DNA of 45,021 bases from positions 1-45,021 of IMG/VR virus record IMGVR_UViG_3300028029_000003; one strand, given 5' to 3'. The notes below the pieces were generated by a model that saw nothing but the letters and a program-made list of their open reading frames with translations, did not search any database and was not told the origin of the DNA. The stretch comes from a virus. Of the stretch, positions 6,339 through 15,514 are shown piece by piece; within the stretch, counting starts at the first letter, position 1; each line of letters starts with the position of its first letter. Position numbers and translations under genes: made by a program.

Positions 6339-7847
6339 ATGGGAACTTTTGTCAGTGGAGCAGCAGCAGCGGATGGAGCGGCCTATGCACCTGCAGCAGG
6401 AACTGACACCCTACTGGTATGGATTCCTTATCTCTACAGGTCTGGCACTGCAACAGCAAGCGCACAAGACTTCGGTGGCGCTACACTTACTGAAGACCAT
6501 GATGAATCAATAAACATAATTGGTAGTGGAGACCCTTCGGTCAACTTAAACTACCTAGTAAATCCTGGAACAACTTCACAAACACTAAGTTTAACTTGGT
6601 CAGGTACACCTGTCAGTGAAGGTGGCTATGCTATTACTTTAGATGGTATAGACCAGACCACTCCAAAGAACAACTCAGATTCTAGCACATTCACTAATCA
6701 TACTCCAGCTCTTACTTACAGCGCTGCGTCAGGTGATGTGGTAATATACTGGAAGTACTATGGTGGTAACGTAACACCTACGTTTGCTATTCCAGCTACA
6801 GGTTTTAACCTTGAAACACAAGACAACATAATAACATCACCTGCCTATCGTGGGTTTGTATGCTACTATAAAGAGATAACTGCTACAGAGACCAGCGTGT
6901 CTATAGGCGCTGACACTTCTGGTGGAACAACATTTGGTGGTTGTCATGGAGTCATAGTGTTCTCAGGTGCTGGTGCTGGAGGTGGCGCAATTACAACATC
7001 TCAGTCTGGCACGGCAACAACAACTGGCACAGCAACTATGGCTAGGGTGGTGTCTTTGCTACGTACACTAACAGCTACTGTAGTTGCCGTGCCAACCATA
7101 GCTAGACTACTTACAGCTATAAGGGCACTATCCTCATCTGCAGTAGGCACAGTCACTAACAGTAGGCTGTCTACCTACGCAAGAAGTTTCTCTGCGGTTG
7201 GACTTGGCACTAGTATTAGTGCAATAGGAGCGTTATTAACCTTTGTGTTTTCGGCCATTGCAACGGGTAGTTCCTCTTTTTCTTCTGCATCTGTCATAGG
7301 CCGCACGCTGTCTGCAATAGTTAATGCGACGGCTAGTGGCACAAAGTTAGTAGGCAAAGTGCTAGTACACTCAGCCGTAGGCTCCGCAGGTACTACGTTG
7401 CTGGGTAACTATTTTAGGTCATTTAGTAGTGTAGCTACAGGGGCTGTTACAAGTGTTAAACAGTCTTCTTACTTTAGAGCCTTCACTGCTTCGGCTGTAG
7501 GAAGCGTACTAGCTAGTGCAGCGGCAGTTATAGGAATTTTCATAGAACTGTTAGTTACAGTTATAGGCACACCATCAGTTACTAAAGTAGTCGGTAAGAG
7601 TTTAACTGCAACAGTGGCTGGAACAACAAGCGTAGCAAAATACATATTCAGACTATTCACTATAACTGCCACAAGCACAAGCACTCAAAACGAGGCTTAC
7701 CTAACAGCTGTTATAGCCGCAGCGGCAGTAAACGGAATAGTCTCTGCCACACAGACTTTTGTAGTCGGCGTTGCTGCCATCAGTACACTAGTACGAGAGA
7801 AGTTGAGAAGTCTGAAACGAAACATAACAAGAGTATTTAAACGATGA
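6339..7847 (+). CDS. Virion protein with a C-terminal Ala/Ser/Thr/Val/Gly-rich repeat domain.
   Basis: 502 aa. From about residue 225 (nt ~7011) there are roughly a dozen ~18-22-residue units of the type R-x-(L/F)-(S/T)-A-x-(V/A)-x-G-(T/S), for example RTLSAIVNATASGTKLVG, RSFSSVATGAVTSVKQSSYF and KSLTATVAGTTSVAKYIF. Confidence 0.65.
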   Translation: MGTFVSGAAAADGAAYAPAAGTDTLLVWIPYLYRSGTATASAQDFGGATLTEDHDESINIIGSGDPSVNLNYLVNPGTTSQTLSLTWSGTPVSEGGYAITLDGIDQTTPKNNSDSSTFTNHTPALTYSAASGDVVIYWKYYGGNVTPTFAIPATGFNLETQDNIITSPAYRGFVCYYKEITATETSVSIGADTSGGTTFGGCHGVIVFSGAGAGGGAITTSQSGTATTTGTATMARVVSLLRTLTATVVAVPTIARLLTAIRALSSSAVGTVTNSRLSTYARSFSAVGLGTSISAIGALLTFVFSAIATGSSSFSSASVIGRTLSAIVNATASGTKLVGKVLVHSAVGSAGTTLLGNYFRSFSSVATGAVTSVKQSSYFRAFTASAVGSVLASAAAVIGIFIELLVTVIGTPSVTKVVGKSLTATVAGTTSVAKYIFRLFTITATSTSTQNEAYLTAVIAAAAVNGIVSATQTFVVGVAAISTLVREKLRSLKRNITRVFKR

Positions 7848-8110
7848 AAACAGTAATAGAACCTAAGACCCAGGCAGAAGACTACATATTCTTCGTACCT
7901 ACTGACCAGTTTGTTAGCATAGGCCAGAACGGCTTATCTGGAGCTGAGCTAGTAGGTATTGAGGCAGACATGGGTGGCATCTGGGTGCAAGTACTACCAG
8001 TAGTGATATTAGACACATCTATAAATTTAATACAACTAGGTGGACCTTGTACCTATCGACTAAACAAGCCCATAACTACTAACCCTACTGGGTTGTACCT
8101 GGAGTCTTAA
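7844..8110 (+). CDS. Hypothetical protein (88 aa).
   Basis: ATGA overlap with the upstream gene. It lies in the structural block. Confidence 0.6.
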   Translation: MKTVIEPKTQAEDYIFFVPTDQFVSIGQNGLSGAELVGIEADMGGIWVQVLPVVILDTSINLIQLGGPCTYRLNKPITTNPTGLYLES

Positions 8111-8111
8111 G

Positions 8112-9050
8112 ATGTCTAGAGTAACAGAAATAATAAAGAAGGCAAGATACACACTGGCTGATTCGGATAACGAGCGTTGGTCTGATGAGCGGTTACTATC
8201 TTTGGTCAGTGAAGGAGTAGAAGACATAGTCATACACTCTAAGTTGTTAAAGGCATCTATAACCATAGCAATGATAGTAGGCCAGGCTGATTATAGCTTA
8301 CCTTATGATTGCTACTTAATACTAAGAGCATCAGTAGATGGTAGAGAGATACCTCTTACTACACATACTGTACTTGATGAGCAAGCACGAAGAGCAGTGT
8401 TTAATGAAAACAGGACAGATTACTGGGAGCGTGCTGAAGTGTATGGTCCCAACGATAGCAGAAGCCTGACCTGGGAAGATGATACAGGCTCTGAAGTAGA
8501 AGCCATAGTGTTTGACAACAGAAACCCTTCTGCTATAAAGGTCTACCCTATTCCAGATGACGGTATAGCTATAGACCAATACACTTTTGAGAACGCTGGA
8601 GTTGTTAACTTCGCTGGCGATGAGCTATACGGCATCGCAATTGAGATTGAGACAGATGGAACAGCCGATTATACTTTCGATAGCCCATATGGACTTGTAA
8701 CGGACTTCTATGACCCTTTAATATCTTTTGAGAGTTTTGAGCAAGACCTAGGAATATTGTCCAGTGTGGGAGAAACTACGACCCAGGTATCAATTCAGTA
8801 CATAAAAAGCGCTGCTACTTTGGTGTCCTTAGAAGACGAGTTACCTATACCTACCATGTATGATAAAGCACTTAAGTTTTATGTGCTAGCACATGCATTT
8901 GATGATGACTATGACACTAGGAATGAAGCTAAGAGTGCGAAAGCTCTTGTGTTGTATGATAGAGAATTAGAATTAGCTAAGAAGCATAGCAGAAACGACG
9001 GTGTAATGACAACGCAGCGTAGAACGCAGTACAGGAGTGCATTTGAATGA
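8112..9050 (+). CDS. Putative virion structural protein (adaptor-like).
   Basis: 312 aa, with GGAG upstream. The N-terminal pattern ARYTLADSDNERWSDERLLSLVSEG...DYSLPYDCYLILRASVDG resembles structural proteins of podophages as I recall them. The family is not secure. Confidence 0.5.
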   Translation: MSRVTEIIKKARYTLADSDNERWSDERLLSLVSEGVEDIVIHSKLLKASITIAMIVGQADYSLPYDCYLILRASVDGREIPLTTHTVLDEQARRAVFNENRTDYWERAEVYGPNDSRSLTWEDDTGSEVEAIVFDNRNPSAIKVYPIPDDGIAIDQYTFENAGVVNFAGDELYGIAIEIETDGTADYTFDSPYGLVTDFYDPLISFESFEQDLGILSSVGETTTQVSIQYIKSAATLVSLEDELPIPTMYDKALKFYVLAHAFDDDYDTRNEAKSAKALVLYDRELELAKKHSRNDGVMTTQRRTQYRSAFE

Positions 9051-9604
9051 GTAACAGAGTAGTTAAAAAGAATTTAGCAGGCCAAGAGGACATCCTGTAT
9101 GGTGAAGGCACTAGTAGCCAGACTAGGAATGGTGGTACTTACTTGATGAACAAAGTAAGGTCTATTTACCCTGTGAATAGTGTGGCTGAGCGAGATGCGT
9201 TAGACACAGCTAAGTTTACTAAGTGTAGACTGTACTTTGCTGCAGCACGACCAGCTGAAGACTATGAGTGGAACGGTTCTGTCTGGGTCCTTTTAGGCTC
9301 TACTGGACCTAATGTTGTTAAAGTCATATCCGATACTTCTTATACTTTACTAGACGACGATATAGGCAAGATACTGCAGTTCACGTCGAATTCTGCTATT
9401 ACTATTACAATGCCTATTGGCTTAGTGGTTGGTTACCATACTCAAGTGTTACAAACTGGCACAGGTCAAGTCACTGTAGTGGCAGCTGTTGGTGCAGCTA
9501 TGCAAAGTGCAGACACCTTATTAAGTACAAGAGTGCAGTACAGTATAATGTCAGTGCAGATGTACACAGCTGACACATTTGTTATAGCTGGGGACTTAGC
9601 ATAA
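9047..9604 (+). CDS. Putative fibre adaptor sharing the tailspike N-terminal anchor domain.
   Basis: The first ~63 aa align without gaps to the N-terminus of the 23156..25174 product (about 27/63 identical by eye: RxxKKxLxGxxDILxGxGxxSQxRNxxxYxxNxV...V.E..ALD...T..R.Y). It is coupled to the downstream LamG fibre gene. Confidence 0.55.
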   Translation: MSNRVVKKNLAGQEDILYGEGTSSQTRNGGTYLMNKVRSIYPVNSVAERDALDTAKFTKCRLYFAAARPAEDYEWNGSVWVLLGSTGPNVVKVISDTSYTLLDDDIGKILQFTSNSAITITMPIGLVVGYHTQVLQTGTGQVTVVAAVGAAMQSADTLLSTRVQYSIMSVQMYTADTFVIAGDLA

Positions 9605-11772
9605 TGACTAGCTCCAACATATACCCCGTGTTTGCTAAGAAAGGCAGTGAGGTTACGCCTCCAGGACCTTCAGCGGGCGCTCCTTTAGCTCACTGGAAAT
9701 TTGACACTTTTGGTAGTGCTAATGACAGACTACTAGACTCAGCAGTCGCGGCCACTCATCAGCTATTTAACTTATTTCCTGCATCACAAACAACTCAAGG
9801 TGCTTTTACAGCGGACGCTGGTGATACTGCACTAACGTTTAATGACTTTTCAAGCTCTGGGCCTAGGACTCTCACAAACACTTCTTTTGACTTTACTAAC
9901 GACCAGCCTTACACGGTTATAGTAAGTGTCAACGCAGAGTTTGGCACTAACGCAACTCTAAAGACTGTCATGGGCTTATTCAACTCAGGCTCTATTACGT
10001 CAAACTGGAAGTTAACTTACAGAGAATCAACCGAAGAGTACACGATAGACGATGATTCAAATTTCACCACTCTTGGTTTCACTACCACTACTGGCCGTTG
10101 GTACAGACTAGCCTTTGTTGTCACTGGCACTGAGCTTAAGGTATACGTAGATGGCTATAATATAAGCACTGCACCTATTGCATCGCAGTCGCCTGGTTAC
10201 TCTACTTCTAACAGAATGTACTTTGGTAGAACTGGTAGTACAAGCGGTAGTCAAGTATCTAATAACTTCGTAGGCAAGCTAGATGAAGTTAAAATATACC
10301 TCGAGGCGTTGAACGACGCTGATGTCTTAGCTGAGTTCGAAGCACTGTACGGACCTACGCCATTACCTATAGCTTACTGGAAGTTCGACAGTCGAGGTGA
10401 GAATCCACTATTGGACTCTTCTGTGTCTGCTATAGACCACCCATTGACCATACAGAATGGAGGAGTTATCACTTACGTAGACGGCGAAGTAGGCACGAAT
10501 ACAGGCTTTGTTCCTACTGATTTAGTGGTCAATGAGAACTTTAACGCTGGGCAGAGTGTAGACTGGGATTTGCCTCAAGGTGAGTTTACTGTTATACTTA
10601 GCGCCAAAGTAATGACTCAAGCTGCAAGTGGCAGTATAACTCAAAAGCTACTGGACGTGCGGCAGTCCAGTGGTAATCTTCTATGGTACATCGGATATAA
10701 TCAAAATACTCATAGCTTTGAGTTTGAAGGTAGCACCAACTTCGACACAATATCTAATGGCAATGCTACACCAGACGATGACGTGTGGTACAGGATAGCT
10801 TTTGTTAACGACATCTTTGACGGCAGGCACAAAGTGTATGTAGACGGCAATATCATAGCTGATGTTAATAATGCACATAACATACCAGTAGGCAATGGAA
10901 CAGAGACGTTGTACATAGGTGGTCAGAGCCAGTCTTCATTGGTAACAAAGTTCCATGGTGCTATAGATAACGTCAAGATATACCATGGCTCTCTTTCTCA
11001 CGTAGAAGTACTCAAGGAGTACAATGAAATACAAGCTGACGGAGCTGGGTCTGGACCTGCTGGACCTGACTTAGGCCCTTCATCAGGTATAGCAGCTGAC
11101 CCAGTGTTAGGCTTGTACTCAGGAGCTACTATAACAGCCATAGGCTTTAGTGGCTTTACAGAGCCATATGACCTTGGCACAACAAGAACAACAGACCAAC
11201 AAGCGACAAGAGTAGGAACTGAACCTTACCATGTTGAAACATTCAACCAAAGTACACCATTCGCTATGAACTATGGTGCATGCTCAGCGTTTACACAGGT
11301 TGTAATATCACAAGGTGAGAAGAAGTATGTGGAGTTCACTACGTCTCAGAATGTGGCAAATTCAATAGGTTCTGTGTTAACAAACATGCCAGTGTTCGGC
11401 TGGTGGGTGAATGGCAGAGAGAATCCGGGTGTGTTCCCTGGTGAGTCTTACTACGGAAGAGGTATAACTAACTTAGCCAAGTACGCAAATGGGATAGCAC
11501 TTGCAACTGCTGCATTAAAAATAGGTAAAGACGATATAGTGTCTATGGCTTTTGATTTTAACCAAGTGCTTCTTACTGTTCTTATAGTAACAGTTTATAT
11601 CAATGGCTTTGAGATTACCACTATTACAGTTCCTGGCCACGTGCTTGGAGACAAGATAAGACCAGCACTGTCTATGACTCATGCAGTAGACGGTTTTACT
11701 GCAAAAATATTAACACACCAAGGTGTACAAACTTATGCACCTCCTGCTGGCTTTACACCTTTGGAAGTATAA
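9604..11772 (+). CDS. Tail fibre / receptor-binding protein with two LamG (concanavalin-like) domains and a SPRY-like C-terminal domain.
   Basis: There is an internal duplication. Domain 1 runs PLAHWKFD...WYRLAFVVTGTELKVYVDGY...FVGKLDEVKIYLEALNDADVLAEF. Domain 2 runs PIAYWKFD...WYRIAFVNDIFDGRHKVYVDGN...FHGAIDNVKIYHGSLSHVEVLKEY. The C-terminus has SPRY-like GEKKYVEFT...DDIVSMAFDFNQ...YINGFE. Confidence 0.7.
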   Translation: MTSSNIYPVFAKKGSEVTPPGPSAGAPLAHWKFDTFGSANDRLLDSAVAATHQLFNLFPASQTTQGAFTADAGDTALTFNDFSSSGPRTLTNTSFDFTNDQPYTVIVSVNAEFGTNATLKTVMGLFNSGSITSNWKLTYRESTEEYTIDDDSNFTTLGFTTTTGRWYRLAFVVTGTELKVYVDGYNISTAPIASQSPGYSTSNRMYFGRTGSTSGSQVSNNFVGKLDEVKIYLEALNDADVLAEFEALYGPTPLPIAYWKFDSRGENPLLDSSVSAIDHPLTIQNGGVITYVDGEVGTNTGFVPTDLVVNENFNAGQSVDWDLPQGEFTVILSAKVMTQAASGSITQKLLDVRQSSGNLLWYIGYNQNTHSFEFEGSTNFDTISNGNATPDDDVWYRIAFVNDIFDGRHKVYVDGNIIADVNNAHNIPVGNGTETLYIGGQSQSSLVTKFHGAIDNVKIYHGSLSHVEVLKEYNEIQADGAGSGPAGPDLGPSSGIAADPVLGLYSGATITAIGFSGFTEPYDLGTTRTTDQQATRVGTEPYHVETFNQSTPFAMNYGACSAFTQVVISQGEKKYVEFTTSQNVANSIGSVLTNMPVFGWWVNGRENPGVFPGESYYGRGITNLAKYANGIALATAALKIGKDDIVSMAFDFNQVLLTVLIVTVYINGFEITTITVPGHVLGDKIRPALSMTHAVDGFTAKILTHQGVQTYAPPAGFTPLEV

Positions 11773-12089
11773 TGGACCAATTTATTAAAGAGTGGATGAA
11801 CGTTATGATATTCGTACCTATTGCAACAGTTTGGGCTTATATGTTTAAAAAGAACATAGATTCATACACTAAAAAAGAGACAGAGGAGCAAATTACATTG
11901 AGGACGGCTCCAATGAAAGAATTACTTGACAGAAACACAACAGCAATAGAAAGTTTACAAGCCTCTACAGCTCTAGCACACAAAGAGATGCACAAGACTC
12001 TTGTAGGCATAAACACTGAATTAACAACCATGAGGGCTTTGAGAGAAGAGCGTAAAAGGAGGCATAACGATGAAAATCCAAAGCTTTAA
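11772..12089 (+). CDS. Small membrane-anchored coiled-coil protein.
   Basis: 105 aa, with an N-terminal TM segment VMIFVPIATVWAYMF followed by a charged helical region. TAATG coupling to the upstream gene. Confidence 0.55.
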   Translation: MDQFIKEWMNVMIFVPIATVWAYMFKKNIDSYTKKETEEQITLRTAPMKELLDRNTTAIESLQASTALAHKEMHKTLVGINTELTTMRALREERKRRHNDENPKL

Positions 12090-13980
12090 CAAAGGGCTTA
12101 ACACTAGAGTAGCTCCCCAGTTCTTAGAGCTGAACGAAGCTACGGTGTACGAGAACGTTGACAACTCAGTAGGCGTACTAGCGCCTGTAAAAAAGAAGGC
12201 TAGCATTGGTGTGCCAGGCTTTCAACATTCTAAGTGGTTTGACGCTAACAATGAATTACTTACTGGTGAAGAAGTAACTGAGTACGTAGAGTTCCAAAAG
12301 AAAATGTACTATACACGTGACGGAGAACAGCCTAAGAAGTACGATGGTACTACTACTCACAATTTAGGCATAGTTGCACCAGTCTTAAAAGCTGTAGCAG
12401 TCAGTAATCATGGCCTTAAGCCACCAACAGAAGTACAAGTAGACTCTGACTTGCTAGGCGACTTACCTAATATAATAGCTAGGTACCTGATAGTTAACAC
12501 AGACGACTTATATGCGTCTAGACCACTAGCTGTTCAATATGACTTTACACATAACAGCCCAGGCTATCATGAACCAAACAACAGACGCCAGACTTATGGA
12601 GACTATGTCAGAGCTCGCGGTTACGCAGACTACTATGCCGGTATGAGGAACAGGTCTCTTACTTTTACTGACATACAAGTGGCTGAATTTGGTCCACTAG
12701 GCGTACAAGTGTACAGACTGTACAACGGTACTTACTACCTTGTAGGTACTGCTTTCACTGACACTGATGTAATAACAGACGATGTGTACGACATATCTGC
12801 TAATGCTGATTATGCAGACGTAATACCTCCTATTGATGCTCAGCTGCAGTACGTGTATACCTTCTATAACTCTGCAGATGGCACAGAGTCTGCACCTAGT
12901 CCAGCATCAGACATAGTAACTATATTAGGCGCAGCTTCACTGACAAACATACAAGTCTCTTCAGACCCACAAGTTGACAAGAAACGCTTGTACAGAGTGG
13001 GTGAAGACATAACTGCTTTCTCACTTGTAGCAGAGTTAAACAACAGCGAGGAGACATACAAAGACGAGGTCAACCAGACAGCTATAGTGGCCACGATTCT
13101 TACATCACAAAACAACCAGCCGCCTCCTACTGACTTAAGGTTCTTACGAGAAGCTTATGCTATGATGTTTGGAGCGTCTGGTAGCACACTGCATTTCTCT
13201 GCTATAGGTGAGCCTGACTATTGGTCGGCGTTCAACACAATTAAGTTTAGCTCAGACATAACTGGTATTGCGCCAGTAGCTAACGGCATCATAGTGTTAA
13301 CCAAGTACAACTCATATCTTATAACTGGAGCTAGTCCTACAGAGCTATCCAAGTATGTGTTGTCTGCTGACCAAGGCTGTATCGGCTCGCAGTCGATACA
13401 GTTTGTAAGTGGCTCTGCAGTATGGGCGTCTTCTGATGGTCTGTGCATATCAGAAGGTGACAACGTAAAAGTGCTGTCAAAAGACAAACTAGGTAAAATC
13501 GCTCTGACTACTGTTAGCTCTGTCATACACGACGAAGTGTACTACTTACTACAAGAGGATAACTCTATTCTAGCATTAGACATGCGGTTTGGTCCAGTGT
13601 ACCGGCGCTTGAACCTAGGAGTAGACGGCTTAGTCATTATCAACGACGTTTTATCAGGTCACTTCAATGGCACTATATACAGCCTGCTTGTTAACTCGGA
13701 ATCAGAAGAGTTGAAGTACAGGTCACCTAAGTTTATCTCGGGTAAGATAACAGAAGAAAAAATGTACAAAAAGGTTTACATTTATTCAGAAGGTGATATA
13801 ATTGTAAAGATTTATATTGACGGGTCTCTTGTGCTGACAAAGTCTTTAAGCGGCACGGGTAATAACCAGCTACAAATACCTCACAACAAGCAGCGCGGCC
13901 ATTATCTTGAAGTCGAAATAGAAGGCAGCGGCACAGTGCACGAATACGAATATGTGATAGGCAATAAGAAGAATGACTAA
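12070..13980 (+). CDS. Putative tail (tube/nozzle-type) structural protein.
   Basis: 636 aa, with AGGAGG 7 nt upstream. The N-terminal pattern FNKGLNTRVAPQFLELNEATVYENVD is one I associate with podovirus tail proteins. The product looks beta-rich. The family is not secure. Confidence 0.5.
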   Translation: MKIQSFNKGLNTRVAPQFLELNEATVYENVDNSVGVLAPVKKKASIGVPGFQHSKWFDANNELLTGEEVTEYVEFQKKMYYTRDGEQPKKYDGTTTHNLGIVAPVLKAVAVSNHGLKPPTEVQVDSDLLGDLPNIIARYLIVNTDDLYASRPLAVQYDFTHNSPGYHEPNNRRQTYGDYVRARGYADYYAGMRNRSLTFTDIQVAEFGPLGVQVYRLYNGTYYLVGTAFTDTDVITDDVYDISANADYADVIPPIDAQLQYVYTFYNSADGTESAPSPASDIVTILGAASLTNIQVSSDPQVDKKRLYRVGEDITAFSLVAELNNSEETYKDEVNQTAIVATILTSQNNQPPPTDLRFLREAYAMMFGASGSTLHFSAIGEPDYWSAFNTIKFSSDITGIAPVANGIIVLTKYNSYLITGASPTELSKYVLSADQGCIGSQSIQFVSGSAVWASSDGLCISEGDNVKVLSKDKLGKIALTTVSSVIHDEVYYLLQEDNSILALDMRFGPVYRRLNLGVDGLVIINDVLSGHFNGTIYSLLVNSESEELKYRSPKFISGKITEEKMYKKVYIYSEGDIIVKIYIDGSLVLTKSLSGTGNNQLQIPHNKQRGHYLEVEIEGSGTVHEYEYVIGNKKND

Positions 13981-14455
13981 ACTACAAGTACCATTAAACG
14001 TAGACAGCCCCAAGTTGCTTAGGAGGCTACTAGAAGCAGTTGTAGGTAGACTAGAAGAAGATAAAACTTCTTCTGACACTACTTTGTTAGAACTACAGAG
14101 CAATCAAAGTAGCCTAGTCACAGACTTAGCTGCAACTACGGTCAAAGCCTCACAGACGGACCAGAACGTGTACCAGGCGGCAGAATTAGGCAGTTTGTAC
14201 AAAGATTTTGATAGCCCTGCATGGGCAGGACTCAAAGGTAACTTTTCATTCACTACGTTAGGAAGTGAGACTTCTAATCCTCCAGTAACTCTAACAGGTG
14301 CAACTACATACATCGTATACGCGCATTGCGTTAGAACTAAGACCGGTGTAGTGCACAAAGTGATGATAGAAAATACAGGTACGGACTTGAGAGTCTTTTA
14401 CCGGACAGGTTCGACATTTACTTTAGCTATGACTAATGGTTGGACTCAGTTGTGA
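13973..14455 (+). CDS. Hypothetical virion protein (160 aa).
   Basis: ATG overlaps the upstream stop region. It has an N-terminal helical segment and a beta-rich C-terminus. Confidence 0.55.
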   Translation: MTKLQVPLNVDSPKLLRRLLEAVVGRLEEDKTSSDTTLLELQSNQSSLVTDLAATTVKASQTDQNVYQAAELGSLYKDFDSPAWAGLKGNFSFTTLGSETSNPPVTLTGATTYIVYAHCVRTKTGVVHKVMIENTGTDLRVFYRTGSTFTLAMTNGWTQL

Positions 14456-14934
14456 GTTTCATAGTCACAGGTTTACCCAGGAGCAGGACAGCGTGGTTTG
14501 CAGCACTGTTTACTGCATTAGGCAAGCCGTGTTCTCACGAGTTAACCAAAGACTGCAACAGCTTAAGTGACTTTAAATCTAGACTGAAGCTTGCAGGAAC
14601 AGCAGATAGCGGCGTTGTGTTGATAAAGCGTACTGTTAATGTCCCTACAGTAGTAATACACAGGCCTGTTAAACATGTAGTAGAGAGCTTAGGTGTGACT
14701 GACAAAAAGCAGATTCAGTTCTTTGAAGACATGGAAACTAACAGCTTGAGTATCAGCGGATTGCATGTTACGTACTGCGACATAGATGAAAGAATTCATG
14801 AGATAATTTCTCACTGTGTAGGTGATTTAGGCGATTACTACACAGTCAAGATGATGCAGTCATTTAACATACAAAGAACTAATCACAATTACAGTATAAC
14901 AGACTGGGCACTTAACCTAGTCAAGGAGTTTTAA
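14440..14934 (+). CDS. Sulfotransferase-fold-like protein (tentative).
   Basis: No ATG start is available. The candidates are TTG 14440 or GTG 14452, the latter forming a GTGA overlap with the upstream stop. FIVTGLPRSRTAWF resembles the 5'-phosphosulfate loop (PKSGTTW / PRSGTT). VVIHRPVKHVVES resembles the RxPxxxxxS 3'-phosphate motif. Confidence 0.4.
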   Translation: MDSVVSFIVTGLPRSRTAWFAALFTALGKPCSHELTKDCNSLSDFKSRLKLAGTADSGVVLIKRTVNVPTVVIHRPVKHVVESLGVTDKKQIQFFEDMETNSLSISGLHVTYCDIDERIHEIISHCVGDLGDYYTVKMMQSFNIQRTNHNYSITDWALNLVKEF

Positions 14935-14935
14935 C

Positions 14936-15505
14936 ATGGCTTGGATAGGTGCAGCAATATCTGTAGTAGGTGGACTACTGTCTAATAACTCAAGTAAAAA
15001 AGCCAAGAAACGAGCTGCGCGAGCTGCAGCTAGTGAACAAGCCTTAGCTCAAGAGCAATATGATGACTGGAAAGAAGTCTATGGCCCAATACAAGACAAC
15101 TTAGGTGAGTACTACGCAGGACTAACTCCTGACCAGTATGAAGTCACTGGAATACAGGCTATAGAAGAGCAGAAAGCTGCTGGACTAAAGCAGCTGAACG
15201 AGAGGCTAGCCCAGCGTGGCATATCAGACAGTAGCATAGCTGCTGCAGCTGAAATGAACATAGAGTTGGACACTATCCAGGACAAAGCCACTGTCAGAGC
15301 TACTTCTGAGCAAGCAGTAGCAGAGCAACAAATGAACTTCTTGCAGGTAGGACTAGGCCAAGACCCTGGTAGTGACCTTCTTGATACTTTAAGAAATAAC
15401 TCTAACAATGAGAGAAGCTATGCAAACCAGTCTGAACGACTAGCAGGCGAATCTATATCAAATGCTTTGACAGCTGTCGGTACAGCTCTAAGTGACAACG
15501 ACTAG
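14936..15505 (+). CDS. Putative internal virion / ejection protein.
   Basis: 189 aa, with AAGGAG 8 nt upstream. It has an N-terminal hydrophobic segment WIGAAISVVGGLL followed by an Ala/Gln/Glu-rich helical region. It lies next to the portal and other internal-protein candidates. Confidence 0.5.
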   Translation: MAWIGAAISVVGGLLSNNSSKKAKKRAARAAASEQALAQEQYDDWKEVYGPIQDNLGEYYAGLTPDQYEVTGIQAIEEQKAAGLKQLNERLAQRGISDSSIAAAAEMNIELDTIQDKATVRATSEQAVAEQQMNFLQVGLGQDPGSDLLDTLRNNSNNERSYANQSERLAGESISNALTAVGTALSDND

Positions 15506-15514
15506 GAGACAACA

